This document shows, piece by piece, positions 53,387 through 64,000 of a DNA stretch of 64,000 nt (positions within the stretch are counted from its first letter, which is position 1; each line of letters starts with the position of its first letter). A program made the translations under genes and the position numbers. Source of the DNA: an uncultured Actinomycetota bacterium (lineage in GTDB: Bacteria; Actinomycetota; UBA4738; HRBIN12); contig CAVTEH010000004.1 in NCBI GenBank assembly GCA_963733635.1, positions 259,836 through 323,835 on the forward strand. Reading direction: 5' to 3'. A model generated the notes under the pieces. The model did no database searches. It had not been told where the DNA came from and was given only the letters and a program-made list of their open reading frames with translations.

Positions 53387-53417
53387 AGGTCGCCGCCCGG
53401 CTCGACCTCGGATCGCG

Positions 53418-56400
53418 TCAGGCCGGATCGATCTCAAGCCTGAGCCGCGAGGCGGTTTCGACCTCGTCCATCGACCGCAACTCTTCCACCACCGGTGTTG
53501 CCGACCCGAGCGCTGCGTGTGCCCGATCGTGATCGCCGGCAGCCAGGAAGGCGCTCGCCAGGTCGAGCCCGGTGCAGGCGGCTTCCCAGCGGGCGTCCAG
53601 CTCCGTCGAACCCGCGCTCGGCGGCTGTGAGGAGCTTCAGCCCTGCCTCGTACATCGCCGTCTGCGAGGCGGACCCGCCCCTCGAGCCGATCGAACGCGG
53701 GGGCGAGTCCCGCGATGCCCGCATCGGACGCCCATGGCCGCATCTGTCCGAGGAACGCATCGACCTCGGGTCGACGCGTCGGGATCGGCGAGACGGAGCG
53801 CCCGGACTGCCAAGAGCAACGGCCAATGACCGCGATCGGGGATGTCGGCGGACCGGCGCAACGAGGCGTCGGCGGTGGCGATGTCCTCCTGACGGATAGC
53901 GACCCAGGCGCGCCAGGCGGCGACGGCCATCGCGCTGTTGGCTCCCGTGCCGCCGGGACCCGCCGCCATCCGATCGAGGATCGGGAGCACGCGCTCGAGG
54001 AGCGGTGTCCGCTGCTGCGCCGCGGCGATGACAGCCGTCGCTCCGAACACGTTCTGAGAGAAGTACGGCGGGTCCAGTCGACGCTCGCCGAGCAGCGCCT
54101 CGGCCATGGGGAACATGTCGTCCACGACATGGTTCCATGCCCCCAGTTGGAGGCCTGCGTAGCCTGCCACCCCAGCGCGTGAACCAGCAAGCCTCTGGGC
54201 GTCGGTTCCCTCCAACTCCTTGCGCCCCCTGACCGCGTAGTCCCAAGCCTGCTCGTAGTTCCCGACGAAGCCCTGCGTCCACGACGCCATGGCGTAGATG
54301 TCGCCCGTCTCCCAGGCATCGTCGATCTCATCGAGGAGCGCGAGGCGCGACTCAACGAGGCTCGAGATCGTCGCCGTAGCGACCCAGGATCATCGAGCCG
54401 GAGCTGGCCGCGTCGAGCGCCGCCGATGCGAGGTCGGAACGACCCAGCCTCTTCGCCATATCCGCCGCCTGCAGACCGAGGGACCGGCTCGCCGCGACCT
54501 CCTCGTCCGACGTTCCACGGATCGAGGCGAAGGCGAACGGCATGAACGCATGCGCCGCGAGCAAACGGACCAGCGGGATCGAATCCTCGGAGCCGGCGTG
54601 TTGCAGGCCGAGCTCCAAGCAACCGCCTGACCTCGGTTTCCGCCGGGATGCTCGACATGGAGCCCGGCCATCTGGTCGGTGACTCGATCGCCGAGTGCGC
54701 AGACGCGGGCGATTGCGAGCGCGTCATCTGGCACCGATCCCAGACCGGATCTCGGCCGCCTCGGAGAACGCTCGCCAGGCAGCGTCCCCCTCGTAGTTGG
54801 TGAGGGCGGTTCGACCGCGCTCCTCCAGCACCTGGGCTCGTTCCGTTGGTCCCTCGGCTGCGGCGTCGGCGCGATCGAACAGCACGAACGCCTGGGAGAT
54901 GCAGAACCGCGCACGAGCATCGTCGGCAGCCGAGAGGAGTGAGTGGAACGCTCGGGCGCGAAGCTCCGCCAGGCGCTCGGGGTCGCTCCGCGGGTCCTCG
55001 TGCGCAGCCCGGAACGCCTCCTCGAAGTGATAGACGAGGAGCTCACCGAAGTCCGCGCGTGCGCCCGCGGTCGACTCGATCCACTCCGCCACCGTGGCGT
55101 GGGCGCGGGCGCGGTCGCCTCGGGGCAAGCGGTCGTACGCGACGTCCCGGGTCAGGACATGCTTGAAGATGAACTCCGTTTCACCGCTGATAGCCGACCC
55201 CACCCGGGATCGCACGAGGTCTCGGGCCTCGAGCCGATCGAGCATCTCGCCCAGGCGGGCACCGGAGCCGTCGAGGAGCCCAGCGTCCTTGAGGAGTAAA
55301 GCCAAGGGCGCCGGCCAGAACACCCGGCCAACCACGGCCGCGTACTCCAGTGCCCGTCGCTCATCGCGATCCAACAGATCGATCCTGGCAGCCAGCACCC
55401 CCTGCACCGTGTCGGGGATGGTGACGGTGGCCAACGACGACCTCGCTCGCCACCGCCCTGCCGCCTGTTCGATCGCACCCTCGTCGATCAGTTGGCGAAC
55501 GATCTCCTCCAGGAAGAATGGGTTGCCTTCAGCACGAGCCAGCACGAGCTCACGGGTGTCGGGCGGGAGGCCATCGACGTCCAGCAGCAGGGTCATCAGC
55601 TGGCTCGCCTGATCCGATGTCAGGGGATCCAGTGCCAGGCTCGAGGCGTTTCGCCGTCCTCCGCCCCACGTCGGCCGGTGGTCGGCCAGTGTTGGCCGGG
55701 TTGGGCACAGCAAGAGCATCGGGCCCTCCGCTCGGTCGGCGATCACCTCCAGCAGGTCGAGCAGGGAATCGTCGGCCCAATGGATGTCCTCGATGAGGAT
55801 GATCAGCGGCAGTTCGGCTGCGAGGGCGGAGAAGAATGCCTCCCAGGCTGCGTGGATCTCGCTACGGACCTGGCGGGGGTCTCGCTCGCCCATGGTCGAT
55901 GAGGGGTCTTCGACGCCGATCGTGAAGGCGAGCGCCGCACACGTTCGGTCCAGGTCGACTCCCGAGGCCAACGCGATGCCAGAGTGCCATCGCACCTTCT
56001 CGAGACGACGTCGGAGCCGTCCCGGTCGTCGATGCCGGAGCGCTGCCTTCAGGATCTCGGCGAGCGGCCAGTAGGCGATGCGGTCGCCGTAGGGCAGGCA
56101 TCGGCCCTGGACCACCGTCACCTCCCCGACCGCTGCCGCCGAGTCGAGGAACTCGCGAACCAGGCGGCTCTTGCCGACGCCGGGCTCGCCGTAGATCGTC
56201 ACCAGGTGCGGCCGGCGTTCCAGCTGGCGTTCGTTCGAACGTCGACCGCAGCAAGTTCATCTCGCCGTCTCGGCCCACCATGGGCGCGGAGAGGCCGGGG
56301 ATCCCGCGGGGGACCTCGTCGGGCCGGTCGAGGATGACGACGGCCTGCACCGCTTCGTTCTTGCCTTTCAGCTCCAGGTTTTCGAGTGCGACCCATCGTG

Positions 56401-57050
56401 AGCCGGGCACCGAACGGACCGTTCGGGCCGACGCAAGGATCTGGCCGGGTCGAGCCGCCGATCTGCAGGCGTGCCGCCGTGTTCACCACATCTCCCGTGA
56501 CCATCGGCTCGCCGGGCACGACCTCGATCGCTGCCAGCACGTCGCCGGTGTGCACTCCGACCCGGATCTCCAGCGCGACATCGTGGATCCGCACGAGCTC
56601 CTCGTTCACCTCGTCGAGACGCGCGAGCATGCGCTGAGCTGCACGGAGCGCTCGAGCCGGATCATCCTCGTGCGCCTGCGGCGCGCCGAACACGGCCATC
56701 ACCGCATCGCCGATGAACTTCTCCACCGTGCCGCCTTCGGCTTCGATCTCGGCCCGCATCGCCTCGAAGTAGGTGGCGAGCACGTCGCGGAAGCGCTCGG
56801 GGTCGAGCTGTTCCCCAAGGGTCGTCGAACCCGTCACGTCGGCGAACAACACGGTGACGAGCTTGCGCTCCTCACCCGCCGTGGTGGCGGGCTCCGGTTC
56901 AGCGACCGGTGCACCACAGGCGAGGCAGAACCGAGCGTCCGGGGGCAGCGAGGCGCCGCAGGACCGGCAGTCCCGCGTCAAGCGGTCCCCGCAGGTCCCG
57001 CAGAACGATGCGTCGGCCGGGTTCGCCGCGCCGCAGTTCGGACAATCCAA
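53418..57050 (-). CDS. large signalling protein: zinc-ribbon + adenylate/guanylate cyclase domain + AAA/NB-ARC-like ATPase + TPR-like C-terminus (at least 5 frame changes)
   Basis: CPNCGAANPADASFCGTCG...CRSCG...CLACG; VTVLFADVTGSTTLGEQL...GDAVMAVFG...VGVHTGDV; IYGEPGVGKSRL...LIILIEDIHWAD. The C-terminal helical repeats end ...EELRSMDEVETASRLRLEIDPA*. TTG start is tentative. Confidence 0.7.
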
Positions 57051-57170
57051 TGATGTACCCCTGGTGGAGCGTACCGGTGACGCGCATCCCACGGGAACGG
57101 CCAGGGTGCTGGAACGCCAGCCGTCTGCGGTCCATGATTCCGGGTGGAAGACCGATCCGAGGGGGAACCG

Positions 57171-57755
57171 ATGGATGCTGAGATCCGGCGGGAAGCGACG
57201 GGCTTCGCGAAGAACTGGTGGCTGTTCCTGATCACCGGGCTCGCCTGGCTGCTGATCGCGATCATCGTGTTGCGGTTCGATACCGCGTCGCTGGCGACGG
57301 TTGGTGTCTTGATCGGCGTCATGTTCCTGGGCGCCGCCATGAACGAGTTCCTGGCATCGACCACCGTGTCGGGCGGCTGGAAGTTCGTGCACCTCGCCCT
57401 CGCCGTGCTGTTCGTGCTCGGTGCACTGTGGGGGTTCATCACGCCGGTGAACACCTTCTTCGCGTTGGCTTCGATCCTGGGGTTCCTGCTAGTGCTCATG
57501 GGCACGACCTCGATCGTGGGGGCCTTGCTCTCGCGTGAGTCCAATCCCTTGTGGTGGCTGGGGCTCGCGGTGGGGATCCTGGAGATCCTGCTGGCGATCT
57601 GGGTCTCGCAGCGCTACTACCCGGCCCGGGCCGCGCTGATCTTGATCTGGGTCGGCCTCATGGCGATGTTCAAAGGTTTCTCCGAGCTCTTCCTGGCGTT
57701 CGAGCTCCACCACACGAAGAAGCAGCTCGAGCAAGCCGGCGCTTCCGTTCCGTAA
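57171..57755 (+). CDS. HdeD/DUF308 family membrane protein
   Basis: Intact ORF with six predicted TM segments (NWWLFLITGLAWLLIAIIVL...). Confidence 0.65.
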   Translation: MDAEIRREATGFAKNWWLFLITGLAWLLIAIIVLRFDTASLATVGVLIGVMFLGAAMNEFLASTTVSGGWKFVHLALAVLFVLGALWGFITPVNTFFALASILGFLLVLMGTTSIVGALLSRESNPLWWLGLAVGILEILLAIWVSQRYYPARAALILIWVGLMAMFKGFSELFLAFELHHTKKQLEQAGASVP

Positions 57756-57814
57756 CCCCCGCATCTCGCCCCCGCCCCGCCGCCGCCGCGAGGCGGTTCC
57801 GTAGACTGCGCTGC

Positions 57815-60399
57815 ATGAGCATGCCCGAGAAGCCGTCGCTCGACGGCCTGGAAGACAAGTGGGGCGAGTGGTGGGAAGCCGCGGGGACCTACCGCTTCGA
57901 TCGGACGAAGGATCGCGACCGGATCTTCGCGATCGACACCCCGCCTCCCACGGCGAGCGGGTCACTGCACATCGGCCACGTGATGTCCTACACGCACACA
58001 GACCTGGTGGCGCGCTACCATCGGATGCGCGGCGACGAGGTCTTCTACCCGATGGGATGGGACGACAACGGTTTGCCGACCGAACGCCGCGTTCAGAACT
58101 ACTTCGGCGTGCGGTGCGATCCCTCCCTGCCCTACGAGCCTGCGCTGGACGTGTCGAGCCTCGAGCGTCCCGACGATCGCCCGGTTGCGGTGAGCCGACA
58201 GAACTTCATCGAGCTGTGTGAGCGTCTCACCGCCGAGGATGAGAAGGCCTTCGAGACGCTGTTCCGGCGGCTGGGGCTTTCCGTGGATTGGACCCAGACG
58301 TACACGACGATCGGTGAGGTCTCGCGCCGGGCCTCGCAGCGGGCGTTCCTGCGTCTGGTTCGTCGGGGGCTCGCCTACACGGCCGAAGCCCCCACGATGT
58401 GGGACGTCGACTTCCGCACCGCGGTAGCCCAGGCCGAGATCGAGGATCGCGAGATTGCCGGTACCTATCATCGCGTGGCGTTCGACCTCGAGGACACGAG
58501 CGGGCGTATCGAGATCGAGACGTCGCGACCGGAGATGATCCCGGCGTGCGTAGCGCTCGTCGTGAATCCCGACGACGAGCGCTACGCCCCGCTCGTCGGG
58601 AAGACGGCCCTGACACCCTTGTTCCGCGTGCCCGTGCCGGTGGTCGCGCACGAGCTCGCCGACCCCGAGAAGGGAACCGGCGCCGCCCAGATCTGCACGT
58701 TCGGTGATGTCACTGACGTGGTGTGGTGGCGTGACCTCGGTCTCCCCGCGCGAGTGATCTTGCGCCGCGACGGCACGCTCGCTGCTGGCCGCTTCGGCGA
58801 CCCTGGTTGGGATTCACGCGATGTGGAGGCCGCGAACGCCGCGATGGCCCAGCTCGAGGGCAAAGCAGCCAAGCAGGCGCGGAAGCAGATCATCGAGATG
58901 CTCAGCGACGGCGGGTGGCTCGTCGGTGAGCCCGAGCCCGTGCAGCACGTCGTGAAGTTCTATGAGAAGGGCGATCGCCCGCTCGAGGTGATCTCGAGCC
59001 GCCAATGGTTCGTGAAGACCCTTGAGCTCAGGAGCGCGTTACTCGAACGGGGCAGAGCAGATCGCGTGGCACCCGGAGTTCATGGGCTCCCGCTACGCGA
59101 GCTGGGTCGAGGGCCTCAACCAAGACTGGGCTCTCAGTCGCCAGCGATACTTCGGCGTGGCGTTCCCGGTGTGGTTCCCACTTGATGATGCAGGTGAACC
59201 TGTCTACGACGATCCGATCCTTCCTGAAGAAGCTGCGTTGCCGATCGATCCGCAGGACGACGTGCCGCCTGGGTACAGCGCCGGTCAACGAGGCGTGCCG
59301 ATGGCTTCGTGGGGGACCCCGACGTGATGGACACGTGGGCGACATCGTCACTCTCCCCGCAGATCGCTGCTCGGTGGGAAGACGATCCCGACCTGTTCCA
59401 ACGGTTGTTCCCGATGGATCTTCGTCCGCAGGCGCACGACATCATCAGGACATGGTTGTTCTACACGGTGCTCAGGGCCCATCTCGAGCACGACTCCCTC
59501 CCGTGGACGAACGCAGCCATCAGCGGGTTCGTCCTCGACCCCGATCGCAAGAAGATGTCGAAGTCCAAGGGCAACGTGGTCGTGCCGATCGACGTGCTGG
59601 AGCAGCACTCGGCCGATGCCGTGCGGTACTGGGCTGCCAGCGCCCGGCTCGGCTACGACGCCGCGATCGACGAGCAGCAGATGAAGGTCGGCCGACGACT
59701 CGCCATCAAGATCCTGAACGCCTCTCGGTTCGCGTTGTCGATGGAGCCAGCGCCGGGAGCCATCACGGAACCGCTCGACCGTTCGATGCTCGCCACGCTC
59801 GCCGGCGTGATCGACGAGGCGACGATCGCGCTCGACGCCTACGAACATTCGAAGGCGCTCGATGTCGTCGAGCGATTCTTCTGGGGCTTCACCGACGACT
59901 ACCTCGAGCTCGTGAAGCAGCGCGCTTACGGCAGGAACGGATCCGCCCCCGCCGGCTCTGCGATCGCGGCGCTGCGGGCGGCGCTGGACGTCCTGCTTCG
60001 GCTGTTCGCGCCATTCCTTCCCTACGTGGCGGAGGAGGTCTGGTCGTGGTGGCGCGAGGGTTCTGTGCATGAGTCCGAATGGCCGATGTCGTCGGGGACC
60101 CGCGGAGCGGCCGGGGCCGATGCCGATCCCACTGTCTACGAGGTGGCAGCTGCGGTTCTCACGGCCGTGCGCAAGGAGAAGGCGCTCGCAAAGGTGTCCC
60201 TCGGACCCCGGTCGACTCGGTGACCGTTCGCGACACCCAGATCCGCCTACGAGCGATCAGCCGGGTCGCATTCGACCTGCGTGAGGCGGGCAACATCCGC
60301 TCGATCGAGGAGGAGGAAGCCGAAGCCTTCTCGGTGGAGACCGTCCTCGCGGATCCCGAGCCACCTGCCCAGGCCTCGGCGACCAGTCGTCAAGCCTGA
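57815..60399 (+). CDS. valS: valine--tRNA ligase (frame changes near 59040, 59300 and 60205)
   Basis: PPPTASGSLHIGH (HIGH), KKMSKSKGN (KMSKS), WHPEFMGSRYASWVEGLNQDWALSRQRYFG. The pieces are ORFs 57551, 59022, 59309 and 60079. Confidence 0.9.
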
Positions 60400-60407
60400 G
60401 CTCGGAC

Positions 60408-61700
60408 ATGAACTTCACCGAAGCGCTCGCCGAGCTGGACGGACGCCGTGAAACGCGGATGATCCCGGACCTGTCGCGCATCCTGCGGCTGGCGACCCTG
60501 CTGGACGATCCGCAGCTGCGCTACCCCACGATCCACGTGACCGGCACCAACGGCAAGGGAACGGCCGCACGCGTAGCCACCGAGCTGGCGTGCGCGCACG
60601 GCCTGACCACCGGCCTGTACATCTCTCCGCATCTGCAGCGCGTCACCGAACGGCTGTCGATCTGCGGCCGGGACATGACCCCGGAGGAGTTCGCCGAGGA
60701 GTACTCGCACCTGGTGCCGTTCCTGGAACTGGTCGACGCCGACGCCGAGGATCGGGTCACCTACTTCGAAGCGCTCACCGCGCTGGCGTACCTGTGGTTC
60801 GCGGACAAGCCCGTAGGGCTGGGCGTGTTCGAGGTCGGCATGGGCGGGGAGTGGGATGCCACCAACCTGGTGTCCGGCGACGTGGCGGTGCTCACCCCGA
60901 TCGCGTTGGACCATCCAGAGCTCGGCGACACCGTCGGACAAGGTGGCCATCGAGAAGGCCGGCATCATCAAGGAAGGCGCGACCGTGGTGAGCCGGGAAC
61001 AGGACGCCGACGCGCTCGCCGTGATCGAGGCACGCTGCCGCCGAGATCGGCGCCGAGCTGCTGCTGGAGCTCCGCGACTGGGAGGTGGAGGAACGGCTCC
61101 AGGCAGTGGGCGGGCAGGCCCTGACGGGTCCGGGTCAGTTCGCCAGTTACGACGAGCTGTTCCTTCCGTTGTTCGGCGAGCATGCGGCGCGCAACGCGGG
61201 CGGCGGCGGTGGTGGCTTTCGAGTCGTTCGCCGGGGAAGCGCTCGACATCGGTCGCACACGGGAGGCTCTGGCGTCAGTGCGCTGGCCCGGCCGCATGGA
61301 GTTGATGGCCCGCCAACCGATCGATCGTGCTCGACGGCGCGCACAACCCTGCCGGCGCCGAGGCACTGTCCGAGGCGCTGCTCGAGGCATTCACCTGGGA
61401 GCGGCTGCACCTGGTGATCACGATCAGCGAAGGCAAGGACGTGGCGGGCATCGTGTCGGCCACCTCGCCCCGCTGGCCGAACAGGTCTACGCGCTCGTAA
61501 CGCCAGCGAGCGCAGCGGCGACGCGAGCAGGATCGTCGAGGCGTTCGCGGGCCGACGATGTGCCGGCGACCGCGTTCGACGAGTCGCGTCGGCGCTCGCT
61601 GCGGCCTGCGCGGCGGCCGATGCAGGGCGACCTCATCCTGGTGACGGGCTCTCTGTACACTGTCGCGGACGCTCGCAGGGCGCTCGGATCCGCACCGTAG
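60408..61700 (+). CDS. folC: bifunctional folylpolyglutamate synthase / dihydrofolate synthase (several frame changes)
   Basis: [11 protein letters not shown]...[12 protein letters not shown]...[10 protein letters not shown]...WPGRME...[13 protein letters not shown], spread across three frames. Confidence 0.85.
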
Positions 61701-61744
61701 ACCGGGCCTCGTGCCCGGTCCTCTCAGAGAGACCTCCACGGACC

Positions 61745-62152
61745 ATGGCCATCGAATCCACCTTGCTCATCGTCAAGCCCGACGGCGTCGCCCGAGGCCT
61801 GGTGGGCGAGGTCCTCGGACGCGTCGAGGCGAAGGGCCTCACGATCGAGCAGATGAAGCTGTTCACGATCGCGCGCGAGACCGCCGAAGAGCACTACGGC
61901 GAACATCGAGACAAGCCGTTCTTCGGCGAGCTGGTCGACTTCATCACGTCGGGCCCCGTCGTGGTGGCCGAGATCACCGGCGAGGACGCCATCACCTGCT
62001 GGCGAACGCTGATGGGTCCGACCGACCCGGTCGAGGCGCCGCCCGGATCGATCCGCGGGGACTTCGCCACCGTGATCGGCGAGAACATCGTGCACGGCAG
62101 TGACTCTGCGGCGTCGGCGGAGCGGGAGCTGTCGCTCTTCTTCGGGCGATAG
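61745..62152 (+). CDS. ndk: nucleoside-diphosphate kinase
   Basis: Intact ORF: [10 protein letters not shown]...GPTDP...GSIRGDFA...NIVHGSDS. Confidence 0.9.
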   Translation: MAIESTLLIVKPDGVARGLVGEVLGRVEAKGLTIEQMKLFTIARETAEEHYGEHRDKPFFGELVDFITSGPVVVAEITGEDAITCWRTLMGPTDPVEAPPGSIRGDFATVIGENIVHGSDSAASAERELSLFFGR

Positions 62153-62170
62153 GACCGAGGGCGCTCACCG

Positions 62171-63832
62171 ATGCCCGGACTCGCCGAGGCCTTCGATCGC
62201 ATCGGGCTGGCCCTCGAGCATCACCTGGAGAGCTCCCACGCGGCGGGCGCCGCGCTCGCCGTGACCGACGGTGAGGAGATCCTGGGGGTCGCCGTGCGCG
62301 GCGTCGCCGATGCGGCGGCGGGCACGCCGGTGCGGCCCGAGACACGGTTCCAGATCGGTTCGATCTCCAAGTCGTTCGCAGGCATCATGGCCCTGCAGGA
62401 GGCCGAGGCGGGCCGGCTCGACCTGCATATCAGCGTCAACGAGATCCTCCCGTGGCTCGACCTGCCCGAGCCGTTCGGCCCCATCACCTGCCATCACCTC
62501 ATGACGCACACCTCGGGGCTGGCGATCGGCACCGAGGATGCGCCCACCTTGCACGGCGCGCTGTGGCTCGCGCGCACGGTGCCGCCCACGGCGCCGCCGG
62601 GAGCGCGGTTCTGGTACTCCAACGACGGCTGGAAGATCGTCGGCGCCTGCCTCGAACACGTCACCGGCACGCCGGTGCCGGACCTGCTCATGGAACGAGT
62701 CCTCGGTCCGGTGGGCATGCGATCGAGCGCGGCCTCCATCACGGACGCGGCGCGGCAGGATCATGGCGGTGGGGTACGAGCCCGCGCTCTCGGACCGGCC
62801 GGCCCAGCTGCGCCATCCGCTGGCTCCCGCCACCTGGGTGGTGACCGAGACGGCGGACGGCTCGATCGTCTCCGACGTCGTGGACATGAGCGCCTACGCC
62901 CGGCTGCTGCTGGCGCGAGGCGACGTGCCCGATGGCCGCGGCGGCCGGATCCTGTCCGATGACGATGTTCGACCTGCTCACCCGCAACGGTGTGGACGAC
63001 GGTGACGGCGGCCGCTACGCCTACGGCCTCTGGGAGGAGGAGGTCGACGGCCATCGCATGCTGATGCACAGCGGCGGCATGGTGGGCTACACGGCCCGCC
63101 TGGTGGTCTCGCCCGACGACGGTCTGGGCGCGGTGATCCTGCAGAACGGCGGAGGCTCGAAGCGATCAGGTCTTGCGGCACGCCGTCGAGGTCGTGCGCG
63201 GCCTCGCTGGGCGGGCGACGGCTTCCCGAGGTGTGGGCGCCGCCCGCGCCCACCGCGATCCCAGCGGCCGCCGACTACGTGGGCTGCTACACGGGCGACG
63301 ACGGCCGGACGCATGGAGATCGAGGCCGAGGACGATGGTCTGCGGCTCACGCTCGGCCCCCTGTCGGTCCGGCTGGAGCGCGACCCGTTGGACCGGGAGG
63401 TCGGCGATGTGTTCCTGGTTCCCCATCCCGCGCTGGACCGGTTCATGCTCACGTTCGGGCGCGACGCCGACGGGCAGGTGGTCGAAGCGTTCCATGGGCC
63501 GACCTGGTTCCGAGGCGGAGCGATACGAAGGCCCCGAACCCGAGAGCTGCCGCAGGAATGGACGCGCCTTCCCGGGCCTGTATCGCAACGACAATCCTTG
63601 GGGCGCCGTGCCTTCCGGATCGTGGCTCAGAAGGGTGGCTTGGTGCTGCAGTGGCCCCCCGACATCGGCGACGAAGTCGGCGGAGCCGCCCTGATGCCGC
63701 TGGCGGACGGGTGGTTCGCGGTGGGGGAGGAGCGCGACCCGCGCCGCATCCGGTTCTTGGGTGAGGCCGGACGGGCTCGCGATCGTGGCGGAGTTCAACG
63801 CCGGCCGTTGGTACCGTGCGTCCGAGCAGTAG
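62171..63832 (+). CDS. serine hydrolase / beta-lactamase-family protein (several frame changes)
   Basis: FQIGSISKSF (SxxK), LMTHTSGL, YSNDGW, then MHSGGMVGYTARLVVSPDDGLGAVILQNG and a C-terminal extension ending AEFNAGRWYRASEQ*. Confidence 0.7.
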
Positions 63833-63849
63833 TCTGCGACCAGACTACT
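63828..63849. terminator. stem-loop between convergent genes
   Basis: agtagtctg-cgac-cagactact gives a 9-bp perfect stem that overlaps both presumed stop codons. Confidence 0.45.
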
Positions 63850-64000
63850 CCGATGCGCTCTGCCTGTCCCGACGCGATCGGCCAGGAACGCCACGATCCG
63901 GTCCATGAGCTCCGGGTGGTCGGTGAACATCCCCGCTCCGTGGTTGTCGCCCGAGACGATCACGGGCTCGATGCCCAGCGAGCGCAGCGAGCTGGCCCAC
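63845..64000 (-). CDS. alpha/beta-hydrolase-like protein, C-terminal fragment (continues beyond the window; end inferred)
   Basis: ...LGIEPVIVSGDNHGAGMFTDHPELMDRIVAFLADRV. As assembled the frame runs on to 63166. A 1-nt shift gives a stop at 63845-63847. Confidence 0.4.
   Translation of the reverse strand: MGQLAALAGHRARDRLGRQPRSGDVHRPPGAHGPDRGVPGRSRRDRQSASE

Overview
High-GC (by eye about 70%) chromosomal segment that looks Actinomycetota-like. All calls come from reading the ORF translations and the DNA for family motifs; no searches were run. The backbone is conserved housekeeping synteny: lysS, purE-purK, tig-clpP-clpX, valS-folC-ndk. There are five tRNAs: Lys-CTT, His-GTG, Arg-TCT, Gly-TCC and Pro-TGG. 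Four accessory blocks stand out. (1) An ~11.6 kb segment (2864-14565) is bracketed by a perfect 48-bp direct repeat of the 3' part of tRNA-Lys. It carries a LitR/CarH-type B12 photoreceptor regulator, photolyase, a cfa/DUF1365/amine-oxidase/SDR operon and a module of small phage-like genes, but no integrase. (2) A CrtI-like oxidoreductase is followed by heterotetrameric sarcosine-oxidase-type genes in the order delta-alpha-gamma-beta. (3) A complete corrinoid methyl-transfer operon follows a divergent TetR: corrinoid protein, pterin-binding methyltransferase, RACo activator, DUF1638 and a non-Pyl MttB-family methyltransferase. Its operator-like palindrome recurs upstream of block 2. (4) A tRNA-rich hotspot (31.8-37.3 kb) holds decayed and foreign-looking genes. 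Major caveat: roughly 30 of about 70 CDS, including essential clpX, valS and folC, need one or more frame changes to give the family-typical protein. Indel errors in the assembly are therefore more likely than real pseudogenes. Coordinates of frameshifted genes are reconstructions.
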